From the NCBI GenBank assembly GCA_964370265.1, contig CAYJIP010000004.1, forward strand, positions 13,465-77,464: 64,000 nucleotides of DNA. Reading direction: 5' to 3'. Made by a program: the position numbers and the translations under genes. This document shows positions 1 to 10,056 of this stretch, in pieces. Origin of the DNA: an uncultured Clostridium sp. Lineage in GTDB: Bacteria > Bacillota > Clostridia > TANB77 > CAG-508. Numbering within the stretch: position 1 is the stretch's first letter; every line of letters starts with the position of its first letter. The notes under the pieces are model-generated. The model saw only the letters and a list, made by a program, of their open reading frames with translations, did no database searches and was not told the DNA's origin.

Positions 1-908
1 CATGGTGGTTAAATAAAAAGTTTAATTGGCCACCATCACCATATATTTTTCCAAAATTAATATCAATGCATTTTACAAGTTATGACACTATATACAATAT
101 GGCACCAAAACATATAACAACAGGAAAAGGTAAAGAATATTTAATTAAACATCAACCAATAGGATGTAGAGATACATCAACACTAAAAACTTTAACTGAA
201 AATGGAATAGATGCATATTTTACTGGATGTATGACATTAACTCTTAAAAAGTTTGAAAACGTTGAAAAAGAAGATTATATCTTATTAGTGGATGTTGCAG
301 ATAAAGTCGCAGACGAAATTGAGAAAACAACAAATAAAAAAGTAATCAAAATAACAAATAATATAAGTAAAGAAGAAAATATGAAATTATCATGGGAACA
401 AAGAAAAGAAAATGTTATTAAATATTTAATGCAAATTCAAAAAGCATCATTAGTAATAACACAAAGATTACACTGTGCGTTACCATCACTTGCATTAGAA
501 ACACCAGTAGTCTTAGTGAATTATAGTTCTCATAATGATAGAACAGGGGATTTCTTAAAATTATTAAATGTTGTAACAGAAGATGAAATTCTATCTGGAA
601 AATGTAAATATGATTTCAATGGAAAAATAGAAAATCGTAAAGACTATATGGCAATAAGAGAAAAATTGGAAAAAGAATGTTATGAATTTATTGAAAAAAC
701 ACAAGAACAAATAAGTGTAGAAAAATTACCAGATGTTGATATGTATAAAGAATTTTCAGAAATAAACAATTATCAAAAAAAATTATTGTTAGATAGTTTT
801 CATGATGTTTATGAAAAATATAGAAAAGAAGAACAAAATGCAATACAAGCATGGGAAATCAGTAATAGAGGTTGGAAATTGGTTGATGAGTTAACAAAAA
901 CACAATAA
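1..908 (+). CDS. Polysaccharide pyruvyl transferase family protein (5' partial; the ORF stays open to the window start)
   Basis: The reading frame is open from nt 3 upstream of the listed ATG, so the gene is probably truncated. The translation carries CsaB/pyruvyl-transferase-like motifs (GCRD...GIDAYFTGCMTL). It sits next to a glycan-export ABC pair. Confidence 0.55.
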   Translation, partial: WWLNKKFNWPPSPYIFPKLISMHFTSYDTIYNMAPKHITTGKGKEYLIKHQPIGCRDTSTLKTLTENGIDAYFTGCMTLTLKKFENVEKEDYILLVDVADKVADEIEKTTNKKVIKITNNISKEENMKLSWEQRKENVIKYLMQIQKASLVITQRLHCALPSLALETPVVLVNYSSHNDRTGDFLKLLNVVTEDEILSGKCKYDFNGKIENRKDYMAIREKLEKECYEFIEKTQEQISVEKLPDVDMYKEFSEINNYQKKLLLDSFHDVYEKYRKEEQNAIQAWEISNRGWKLVDELTKTQ

Positions 909-989
909 AATAACCTATAGGAGCATTTGACAATAACCTTATTTATGATATAATTACAAAATCATATATAATGAAAGGATACTAAAAAA

Positions 990-1736
990 GTGAGTAAAAA
1001 GACGGAACAAGTAACTATTAAAATAGAAAATGTAGATAAAAGTTTTACAGTATATTATGATAGAGCAAATACACTAAAAGAAAGACTTTTATTTTGGCAA
1101 AGAAATAAAAAAAGAGAAAAAAGACAAATATTAAAAGATATAAATTTAGAAATAAAAAAAGGTGAAACTGTTGCACTAATAGGTGTTAATGGTAGTGGTA
1201 AATCAACCTTGTTAAAACTAATGACACAAATAATATTTCCTAATGAAGGGAAGATTGAAACAAAAGGAAAATTAACTTCATTATTAGAGTTAGGTGCTGG
1301 TTTTCATCCAGATTTCTCTGGAAGAGAAAATATATATTTTAATGCATCTATATTCGGATTAACAAGAAAAGAAATTGATGCAAGATTAGAACAAATAATT
1401 GAATTCTCAGAATTAGGAGTATTGATAGATAATCCCGTAAGAACATATTCATCAGGTCAATATATGAGATTAGCATTTTCAGTAGCTATAAATGTTGATG
1501 CAGAAATACTATTAATAGATGAAATTTTATCAGTAGGTGATCAACATTTTCAAGAAAAATGTTTCAATAAAATGAGGGAATTAAGAGCAGAAGGTAAAAC
1601 AATGGTATTTGTTACACATAGTATGCACGCAGTTAAGGAATTGTGCAGTAGAGCAGTTTGGTTACATCAAGGTCTAATTAAAATGGACGGAGAAACAAGC
1701 AAAGTAGTAGAAGAATACTTGAAAGAAACAACATAA
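990..1736 (+). CDS. ABC transporter ATP-binding protein, TagH/Wzt-like (polysaccharide/teichoic acid export)
   Basis: GTG start after an AAAGGAT RBS. It has Walker A GVNGSGKST, the ABC signature LSVGDQ and a Walker B LLIDE. It is paired with an ABC-2 permease. Confidence 0.85.
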   Translation: MSKKTEQVTIKIENVDKSFTVYYDRANTLKERLLFWQRNKKREKRQILKDINLEIKKGETVALIGVNGSGKSTLLKLMTQIIFPNEGKIETKGKLTSLLELGAGFHPDFSGRENIYFNASIFGLTRKEIDARLEQIIEFSELGVLIDNPVRTYSSGQYMRLAFSVAINVDAEILLIDEILSVGDQHFQEKCFNKMRELRAEGKTMVFVTHSMHAVKELCSRAVWLHQGLIKMDGETSKVVEEYLKETT

Positions 1737-1760
1737 ATAGAATCAAGGAGAAACATATAA

Positions 1761-2546
1761 ATGAATATATTTCAAAAAATTTATAATTATAGAGAATTAT
1801 TAAAAACAAATGTAAAAAAAGAAATAAGAGGAAGATACAAAAATTCTATATTAGGTGTATTATGGTCTTTTTTAAGTCCGTTGTTACAATTATTAGTTTA
1901 TGCAGTAATTTTTGGAGCATTATTAGGTGGAGGGGATCCAACATACCATATATATATTGTTGTAGCTTTGATACCATGGACTTTTTTTACTACATCAATC
2001 AACCAAACAGCATTTACAATAATAGGAAATGCTAATATAATTAAAAAAGTATATTTTCCTAGAGAGATTTTACCAATATCAGTAGTAACAAGTTGTATGG
2101 TTAATTTCTTAATATCAACAATAATAATAATAGCATTTGTAATATTCTCGGGAATAGGTATAACATGGCATATATTATTATATCCATTAATAGTTTTAAT
2201 ACAATATATTTTACTATTAGGAATTGGATTTATAATATCATCAATAACTGTATATTTCAGAGATTTAGAACACATTATAGGAATTATATTAATGGCAGCG
2301 TTTTATGGAACACCAGTTATATATAAATTAGATATATTACTAGAACAATTACCAACACAATTAGATGTAATAATATTAATGAATCCAATGATATATATAA
2401 TAAACGCATATAGAGATATTTTCTATTATCACCAAGTGCCAGACTTAGGAGCATTAGGAATAGTAGCAATAGTGTCAATAATCCTAGTATTTATAGGATA
2501 CTTTGTATTTAAAAAATTACAAAAAGGTTTTGCAGAGCAACTATAA
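1761..2546 (+). CDS. ABC-2 type transporter permease, TagG/Wzm-like
   Basis: The N-terminus reads ...ELLKTNVKKEIRGRYKNSILGVLWSFLSPLL, which is typical of ABC-2 polysaccharide exporters. There are six predicted TM segments. An AAGGAGA RBS precedes the start. Confidence 0.8.
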   Translation: MNIFQKIYNYRELLKTNVKKEIRGRYKNSILGVLWSFLSPLLQLLVYAVIFGALLGGGDPTYHIYIVVALIPWTFFTTSINQTAFTIIGNANIIKKVYFPREILPISVVTSCMVNFLISTIIIIAFVIFSGIGITWHILLYPLIVLIQYILLLGIGFIISSITVYFRDLEHIIGIILMAAFYGTPVIYKLDILLEQLPTQLDVIILMNPMIYIINAYRDIFYYHQVPDLGALGIVAIVSIILVFIGYFVFKKLQKGFAEQL

Positions 2547-2608
2547 TAAAAATTAAAGATTTAAAATTAAATATTGTATAAATAGTAGTTTGAGGAGAAA
2601 AATTGAAT

Positions 2609-3568
2609 ATGGAAAAAATGAAAATATTTGCTTGTCCAACAGCAGAAGAATTTACACAGGAAATATGTGATAGTTTAAATGTAGAAATGGGTAAAATTAA
2701 ATTTATGAAATTTAAAAATGATAATACATTTGTACAGATTTTAGAAAGTGTTAGAGAAAAAGAAATATTTATAGTACAAACAGTTCAACCACCAGTTAAT
2801 GAACGAATGATGGAATTATTAATTGCAATAGATGCAGCTAAAAGAGCATCAGCAAGAGAAATAACAATAGTGCTTCCATATTATCCATATTCAAGATCAG
2901 ATAAAAAAGATCAACCTCGTGTACCAGTAACTTCTAAATTAATGGCACAACTATTAGAAGCAGCAGGAGCAACAAGAATAATAACATGTGACTTACATAA
3001 TCCAGCAATACAAGCATATTTCAATATTAATTGTAATAGATTAACAGCAGAATATATTTTAGAAGACTATTTTGAAGATAAAAAATTAGAAAATATGGTA
3101 ATAGTAGCAACAGATGCTGGAAGTTCAAAAAAAGCATATAAATATTCAGAATTTTTCAATTGTCCAATTGCATTAGTTGATAAAAGAAGAGAAGGTAATG
3201 ATGATAGAGCAATAGCATCTACAATTATTGGAGATGTAAAAGACAAAAATGCAATAATATTTGATGATGAAATAGATACAGCTGGATCAATGGTTGAAAC
3301 AGTTAAGGTTCTTAAAAAGTATGGTGCAAAAAACATATACGCAGGATGTACACATGGTGTATTATCTGGACCAGCAATAGAAAGAATCAAAGATTCTGGA
3401 ATAAAAGAGTTAGTAGTTACAAACACGATTCCATTACCACAAGAAAAAAGAATAGAAAATATTACAGTATTATCAATTGCACATCTATTTGCACAAGCTA
3501 TTTATAGAATATCAAATAAAGAATCAATTGGAGAATTATTTAAAAATAAAAGATTTAAAAATGATTAA
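2609..3568 (+). CDS. prs: Ribose-phosphate pyrophosphokinase (PRPP synthetase)
   Basis: Prs motifs are present: FIVQT..PVNERMMELLIAIDAAKRASAREITIVLPYYPYSRSDKK and DLHNPAIQAYF. A GAGGAGA RBS sits upstream. The choice among the three candidate starts (TTG 2603, ATG 2609, ATG 2618) is uncertain. Confidence 0.75.
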   Translation: MEKMKIFACPTAEEFTQEICDSLNVEMGKIKFMKFKNDNTFVQILESVREKEIFIVQTVQPPVNERMMELLIAIDAAKRASAREITIVLPYYPYSRSDKKDQPRVPVTSKLMAQLLEAAGATRIITCDLHNPAIQAYFNINCNRLTAEYILEDYFEDKKLENMVIVATDAGSSKKAYKYSEFFNCPIALVDKRREGNDDRAIASTIIGDVKDKNAIIFDDEIDTAGSMVETVKVLKKYGAKNIYAGCTHGVLSGPAIERIKDSGIKELVVTNTIPLPQEKRIENITVLSIAHLFAQAIYRISNKESIGELFKNKRFKND

Positions 3569-3602
3569 TAAATAATTAATCAAAAAAGAAAGAGTAAAAT
3601 AA

Positions 3603-4037
3603 ATGATAAAAAAAGCATTAGAATTATACAAAAAATATAAAGAGGTAATAAATTACTTAGTATTTGGTGGATTATCAACAGTAGTTAATTTTGCATCATA
3701 TTATATAGCAGCATATCTATTTGGTATAGATGAAGTTATAAGTAGTGGAATATCATGGTTTTGTGCAGTATTATTTGCATATATAACAAATAAAATATTC
3801 GTATTTTCAAGTAAAACTGAAAATAAAAGAGGAATAATTAAAGAAATAGTATCATTCTTTGGATTTAGAATAATTTCAGGAGCTTTATGTGATGTTGGTA
3901 CATTTGCATTAATGATAAATGTATTAGGTATAAATGATATAATAGCAAAAGTTGTTACACAAATAATGGTTATATTATTAAACTATATTTTTAGTAAATT
4001 TATAATTTTCAGAAAAAAGACTGTAAAAGAGAATTAA
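3603..4037 (+). CDS. GtrA family membrane protein (polysaccharide synthesis/flippase-associated)
   Basis: A small four-TM protein whose signature (LVFGGLSTVVNFASYY...ITNKIFVFSS) matches the GtrA-like family. Confidence 0.65.
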   Translation: MIKKALELYKKYKEVINYLVFGGLSTVVNFASYYIAAYLFGIDEVISSGISWFCAVLFAYITNKIFVFSSKTENKRGIIKEIVSFFGFRIISGALCDVGTFALMINVLGINDIIAKVVTQIMVILLNYIFSKFIIFRKKTVKEN

Positions 4038-4064
4038 AAATATGCACAAATAGTGTAGATATTG

Positions 4065-4167
4065 GTGTATAACAAATGTACGGGAAAATAGCTCCTGACA
4101 TTTGTTATACATCCATTTTTTTTGTATAATTGAAGGAGTGAAAAAATAAAGTGAATATAGAATATAT
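4065..4167 (+). repeat. Direct repeat copy A: hairpin + T-run terminator with an embedded -35-like TTGTTA, then TATAAT, AAGGAG and a tiny ORF
   Basis: The 14-bp inverted repeat tgtataacaaatgt/acatttgttataca is followed by tttttttt and TATAAT. The 47 nt at 4121-4167 are identical to 6049-6095. Confidence 0.7.
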
Positions 4168-4241
4168 ATTATAAAAAAGTCATAAAAAGTTGGACACTTA
4201 ATATTGCAATTTATAAACTAAAAAATTGTATATAAAATTAA

Positions 4242-4270
4242 TTGACAAAAATAAAAATTATATATAAAAT
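4242..4270 (+). promoter_or_regulatory. Sigma-A-like promoter, TTGACA-17-TAAAAT, upstream of pilin-like gene 1
   Basis: Consensus hexamers with 17-nt spacing lie about 125 nt upstream of the ATG at 4394. Confidence 0.4.
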
Positions 4271-4393
4271 AATATTAGTTTTTAAAGTTTAAAATAATAC
4301 AAAATGTTAAAAATAAAATCTCATTTAATTGGGAATAATATATATATTATTTTAAAACAGTAATTTAGAAAAATACAAAAGAAGGGGAATGAA

Positions 4394-5896
4394 ATGAAAG
4401 AAACAAGAAAAACAAAGTTAAAACAATCTAATGGTATTACATTAATAAGTCTTGTAATAACAATAATTGTACTTCTAATATTAGCAGGAGTATCAATAGC
4501 AATGTTAACAGGAGAAAATGGAATATTAACACAAGCAACAAATGCAGGAGAAGAAACAGAAGAAAGTACAGCAAAAGAAAAGTTATTAATGGCATTAAAT
4601 GAATATCAAATTCAAAAATACACACCAAATTCTAAAGATATAGTAGAATTTTTAGAAGACCATGTAGATGGATTTGATGTAGAAGGAACTACATCACCAT
4701 ATGATGTCTTTATAGATGGATATATGGGAGAAGTAGAAGAAAACGGAGATTTTGATGAAGACACATTTGGGATAGCTGGACCAAGACCAACTATATCAAA
4801 CATATCAATAACAACAGATGGAACAACAGTACCAACAGACAATTCATTAGAATTAGGAACACCAGTACAAGTAACATTTGATAGTACAATAGAAGGTGGA
4901 ACAATAAAATCAGTAACACCAAGTGTACCATATACAACAAATGGAACAGATATGGAAATAACATTTACAATAGTAGGAACAGTAAATGGAGTAGATTATA
5001 CAAAAAAACAAACAGTAACATTAACAGATAAATATGAAAAACAAGTAGTAGCATTTTCAGAAACAGAAAATGTAGTAATACAAGATGATTTAGGAAATGA
5101 CATAAAAGTACCAGCTGGATTTGGATTAGCAAAAGATTCAGGAAAAGATATAACAGAAGGAATAGTTATAGAAGAAGCTGGAGTACCAGGTGGAGGAAAT
5201 CAATTTGTATGGGTACCAGTTAATGATGTAATTATTGATAGTGCAGGAACAACAAAAAATATACAATTATCAAGATATGAATTCAGCTCAACAGGAGCAG
5301 CAACAATAAAAGGAAATGAAGATATTATAGGATCATACTATAAAGAAACTACAGAAGGAAGAGGAAATGCAGTTGCAACAGACTTAAATGACTTTATAAC
5401 AAAAACAAATCAAGCAGGAGGATATTATATAGCAAGATATGAAGCAAGTAGTAGTGATGGAACTCAAAGCGGAACAGCAGAAAGTAAAGAAAATAAGACA
5501 GGATGGGCAGAAATAACACAACCTAATGCAGCAACAGCCGCAAAAACAATGTATACTAGTAGTTTATATACAACAGACCTTGTTAATTCATTAGCATGGG
5601 ATACAGCACTTGTATATATACAAACAATAAGTACAGATACAAATTATTCAATACAAACAGCAATGGATGACGGATTACAACTTACAGGGAATTCAGGTGA
5701 TGAAATATTGAAAATAAATGATATGGCATCAAATCTAAGAGAATGGAGTACAGAAACTTCCGCTTATTCAGAACATCCGTGTATTCATAGAGGAGGTACT
5801 TATTACAATGATTTTTTTCCTTCTAGCTTCAGATTCTATGACCGTACTAGCCTCAGCCATACCACCTTCTCTTTTCGCCCAATATTATACCTCTAA
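4394..5896 (+). CDS. Prepilin-like N-terminal domain protein (paralog 1) with an FGE-sulfatase/C-type-lectin-like C-terminal domain
   Basis: The N-terminus MKETRKTKLKQSNG|ITLISLVITIIVLLILAGVSIAMLTGENGILTQA has a prepilin-type G|xTLI cleavage motif and a 20-residue hydrophobic helix, but Ser replaces Glu5. The C-terminus carries FGE-family motifs: GYYIARYEAS, SNLREWS, HRGGTY and the terminal FRPIL. The last ~140 bp have atypical C-ending codons. Confidence 0.6.
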   Translation: MKETRKTKLKQSNGITLISLVITIIVLLILAGVSIAMLTGENGILTQATNAGEETEESTAKEKLLMALNEYQIQKYTPNSKDIVEFLEDHVDGFDVEGTTSPYDVFIDGYMGEVEENGDFDEDTFGIAGPRPTISNISITTDGTTVPTDNSLELGTPVQVTFDSTIEGGTIKSVTPSVPYTTNGTDMEITFTIVGTVNGVDYTKKQTVTLTDKYEKQVVAFSETENVVIQDDLGNDIKVPAGFGLAKDSGKDITEGIVIEEAGVPGGGNQFVWVPVNDVIIDSAGTTKNIQLSRYEFSSTGAATIKGNEDIIGSYYKETTEGRGNAVATDLNDFITKTNQAGGYYIARYEASSSDGTQSGTAESKENKTGWAEITQPNAATAAKTMYTSSLYTTDLVNSLAWDTALVYIQTISTDTNYSIQTAMDDGLQLTGNSGDEILKINDMASNLREWSTETSAYSEHPCIHRGGTYYNDFFPSSFRFYDRTSLSHTTFSFRPILYL

Positions 5897-5990
5897 AACT
5901 GAATGCTAAAACCGTGATTTAGAAATAACTAAAGAATAGTTTTGGATAAATAAAAATGAATATTAAAGTGAGTATTTTGAGAATGCTATG

Positions 5991-6095
5991 ATGTATAACA
6001 ATTGTTTAGGAATTTATTTTCCTGTACATTTGGTATACATCTTTTTATTTTGTATAATTGAAGGAGTGAAAAAATAAAGTGAATATAGAATATAT
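5991..6095 (+). repeat. Direct repeat copy B (same terminator/promoter composite as 4065-4167)
   Basis: It has an imperfect hairpin tgtataacaattgt/acatttggtataca, a T-run, TATAAT and AAGGAGTG. The 47 nt at 6049-6095 are identical to copy A. Confidence 0.7.
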
Positions 6096-6153
6096 TTTTA
6101 TTGTGGTAGTTTTTTAGTTATTAATTGGGGTATTAACATAAATTAATCTTTTT

Positions 6154-6182
6154 GTTGTAAATATTGCCAAAATGTAGTATAA
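6154..6182 (+). promoter_or_regulatory. Promoter TTGTAA-17-TATAAT for trpS
   Basis: Consensus hexamers sit 25 nt upstream of the trpS ATG. No T-box leader is present. Confidence 0.4.
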
Positions 6183-6206
6183 TATATAAATGTAAAAAGG
6201 AGGAGA

Positions 6207-7232
6207 TTGAAAATGGCAAAAAAGAGAATATTGACAGGAGATAGACCAACAGGAAAAATGCATATTGGACATTATTTTGGTTCTTTGAAAAAAAGAGTTG
6301 AATTACAAAATAGTGGAGAATACGATCCATTTATTTTAATAGCAGATGTGCAAGCATTAACAGATAATTTTAATAACCCAGAAAAAGTTAGAAAATCAGT
6401 AAGAGAAGTAATGTTAGATTATTTGTCAGTAGGAATAGATCCAAGTAAAACAACAATATATATTCAATCAATGATTCCTGAAACAGCAGAATTAACAATA
6501 TTCTATTCAAATTTAGTAACAATAGCAAGATTACAGAGAAACCCAACAGTTAAAACAGAAATAGCACAAAAACAAGAATTATTTGGAGAAAGTGTAACTT
6601 ATGGTTTTTTAGGTTATCCAGTAAGTCAAGCAGCAGATATAACAACATTTGAAGGAAAAGTAGTACCAGTAGGAGAAGATCAATTACCTCTTATTGAACA
6701 ATGTAGAGAAATTGTAAGAAAATTTAATAGTATCTATGGAGAAGTTCTAGTAGAACCAGAAGCAGTTTTATCAGAAGGTAAAAGAATCAAAGGTTTAGAT
6801 GGAAACGAAAAAATGGGGAAATCATTAGGAAATGCAATATACTTATCAGACTCAGAAGAAGAAATATTGAAAAAAGTAATGAGTGCAGTGACTGATCCGG
6901 CTAGAATAAAAAAAGATGATAAAGGAAATCCAGATAAATGTATGGTTTCATATTATCATGAGTTATTTACTAACAAAGAAGAGTGTGACATTGTGAAAAA
7001 AGAATGTACAGAAGGTTTAAGAGGATGTGTAGCTTGTAAAAAACAATTAGCAAAAAATATATCTGAGACATTAAAACCAATGAGAGAAAAAAGAGCATAT
7101 TACGAAGAAAGACCAGAAGAAGTAGATAGATTACTTAAAGAAGGAACAGAAAAAGCAAGAAAAGTAGCAAAAGATACAATGGCTAAAGTAAAAAAAGCAA
7201 TGATGTTAGATTATTTTAATGAAAATAAATAG
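6207..7232 (+). CDS. trpS: Tryptophan--tRNA ligase
   Basis: The HIGH-type motif (HIGHYFG), the KMGKS loop and overall class I TrpS architecture are present. An AAGGAGGAG RBS precedes the start. Confidence 0.9.
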   Translation: MKMAKKRILTGDRPTGKMHIGHYFGSLKKRVELQNSGEYDPFILIADVQALTDNFNNPEKVRKSVREVMLDYLSVGIDPSKTTIYIQSMIPETAELTIFYSNLVTIARLQRNPTVKTEIAQKQELFGESVTYGFLGYPVSQAADITTFEGKVVPVGEDQLPLIEQCREIVRKFNSIYGEVLVEPEAVLSEGKRIKGLDGNEKMGKSLGNAIYLSDSEEEILKKVMSAVTDPARIKKDDKGNPDKCMVSYYHELFTNKEECDIVKKECTEGLRGCVACKKQLAKNISETLKPMREKRAYYEERPEEVDRLLKEGTEKARKVAKDTMAKVKKAMMLDYFNENK

Positions 7233-7245
7233 AGAGAAAAAATAG

Positions 7246-8550
<1,305 letters not shown>

Positions 8551-8655
8551 TAATATATTGGATTTGTTATAAAAGCTAATATATTAGAAAAAAATATAAA
8601 ACTAAAAATATGAAGAAAAAAACAAATAAAAGTATTGAATAAAAATACACGAAAC

Positions 8656-8697
8656 GAAAAAGAATCAAATTTAAATTGATTCTTTTTTTGTTTTTTG
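8656..8697. terminator. Bidirectional rho-independent terminator (obg / rimI)
   Basis: The 10-bp stem aaagaatcaa/ttgattcttt is followed by a T-run, with an A-run on the 5' side. Confidence 0.6.
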
Positions 8698-8791
8698 AAT
8701 ATAAATATTAATTAATAAAATATTAATGCATGAAATATAAATCAATGAAATATTAATATTAAATATATTTGTATGTTTTGATCTTATATAG

Positions 8792-9247
8792 TTAATTAAA
8801 ATTCAACCTCATTATTAATGCATCAATTCCATTGTAATATCCTTTTCTAGTTGAAATTATTTTAAATCCGATAGAAGTATATAACTTGATAGCATATTCA
8901 TTTTCTTTACTAACCTCTAATAAAAGAGTAGAAATAGAAGAAGTTTTACAATAGTCTAAAATATGATTTAATAAAAGTCTTGCAATACCATTATTTCTGA
9001 AATTTTTAGAAACAACAATATTCATTAAATCAGCAGTGTCAAGTATTTGTTTAATACCTATAAATCCTAAAATTGTATTATCAGTTATGTTTTTTGCTAC
9101 AAAATATTTTGAATTGTCTGATTGTAACTCAGATAAAAGAACATCATAACTCCAATAATCATCAAAATCAATATTAAGTGAAGTTTTTATATTCTCTAAA
9201 TCTGTAATTGTCATAGAAGTAATATCTATATTTTTAAAATTATCCAT
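8792..9247 (-). CDS. rimI: GNAT N-acetyltransferase, RimI-like (ribosomal protein alanine acetyltransferase)
   Basis: It has the GNAT core (NIVVSKNFRNNGIARLLL) and the canonical position downstream of tsaB. Confidence 0.7.
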   Translation of the reverse strand: MDNFKNIDITSMTITDLENIKTSLNIDFDDYWSYDVLLSELQSDNSKYFVAKNITDNTILGFIGIKQILDTADLMNIVVSKNFRNNGIARLLLNHILDYCKTSSISTLLLEVSKENEYAIKLYTSIGFKIISTRKGYYNGIDALIMRLNFN

Positions 9248-9302
9248 AATTATATATTCCTCATTAAATAGTAGTATTTTATTTATTTTCTTATTTCTTT
9301 AA

Positions 9303-10046
9303 TTAATTATTAGTTTCTAGTTTTTCTTTTTCTTCTAATTGAATTTGAGCTTCTGGCTTTTTTAAATATGTTGGTAATATATCTGTTTTAATATGTTTAG
9401 TGTAATTATTTAAACCAGCTAATCCTAGTGAAAATGAATTTTGTTTAGATTCATTTTCACTAGAAAGAATTGATGTTGGAAAGTGTTGTAATATATATCC
9501 TTTATTTATATCTAAATCATCACCAATAAATATTATTTTAGGATTGTTGTTATTTGAAGAATTATTATTTGATATATCTAAATTTTGTATAGAACTTAGT
9601 TGTTCTAAAATATGATCTAATGTATTGTTATTTGGTTCTTGTAATATTGTAATGTCTTTGTTATCTTTTAAATAAATACCATAAAAATATGTATTTTTAC
9701 TTGATGTTAAAAGACTTACAACTATTCCATTTGAATTTATATTATATGTTAAACTTTCTAATGATGTAACACCTATAGTTGGAATGTTAAAAGCATCAGA
9801 AAAAGCTTTAACAGTTGCTGAACTAATCCTAAGTCCAGTAAAAGAACCAGGTCCTATATTGTTTACAATTAAATCAATATCCTTTAATTGGAGATTTGAT
9901 TTGTTAAAGATATCTTTAATCATAGGCATAAGATTTTCTGAATGAGTTCTTCCTGTTGGGATATCCATGTGAGTTATTAAATTTGTATTATCTAAAATAG
10001 ATACTCCACAAATATTACTAGAAGTGTCTAAACTTAAAATTTTCAT
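9303..10046 (-). CDS. tsaB: tRNA threonylcarbamoyladenosine biosynthesis protein TsaB
   Basis: It matches the YeaZ family (MKILSLDTSS...GPGSFTGLRI) and sits in the tsaE...tsaB-rimI context. Confidence 0.85.
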   Translation of the reverse strand: MKILSLDTSSNICGVSILDNTNLITHMDIPTGRTHSENLMPMIKDIFNKSNLQLKDIDLIVNNIGPGSFTGLRISSATVKAFSDAFNIPTIGVTSLESLTYNINSNGIVVSLLTSSKNTYFYGIYLKDNKDITILQEPNNNTLDHILEQLSSIQNLDISNNNSSNNNNPKIIFIGDDLDINKGYILQHFPTSILSSENESKQNSFSLGLAGLNNYTKHIKTDILPTYLKKPEAQIQLEEKEKLETNN

Positions 10047-10056
10047 AAAAGCTCCT

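Noticed and set aside
1898-2275. Antisense or nested ORFs inside genes (e.g. 1898..2275-, 3067..3426-, 12030..12653-, 15522..15866-, 28386..28760-, 43439..43810-, 51171..51413-)
   Set aside because: They are embedded opposite or out of frame within confidently identified conserved genes. They have low-complexity or hydrophobic translations typical of AT-rich antisense frames and lack an RBS.
4394-6200. Complete DGR cassette (TR + reverse transcriptase) near pilin-like gene 1
   Set aside because: No ORF in the window has RT motifs (YxDD). No second copy of the 5755-5896 segment was found. Only the VR-like compositional signature is reported.
6096-6206. T-box riboswitch leader upstream of trpS
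   Set aside because: Only about 110 nt lie between repeat copy B and the trpS ATG. No T-box consensus (AATTAGGGTGGNACCGCG) or specifier/antiterminator architecture is present. The region holds a plain promoter and RBS.
8551-8791. Possible small gene or ncRNA in the 240-nt obg-rimI spacer
   Set aside because: It contains only a bidirectional terminator and AT-rich sequence. There is no ORF with an RBS and no recognisable structured RNA.
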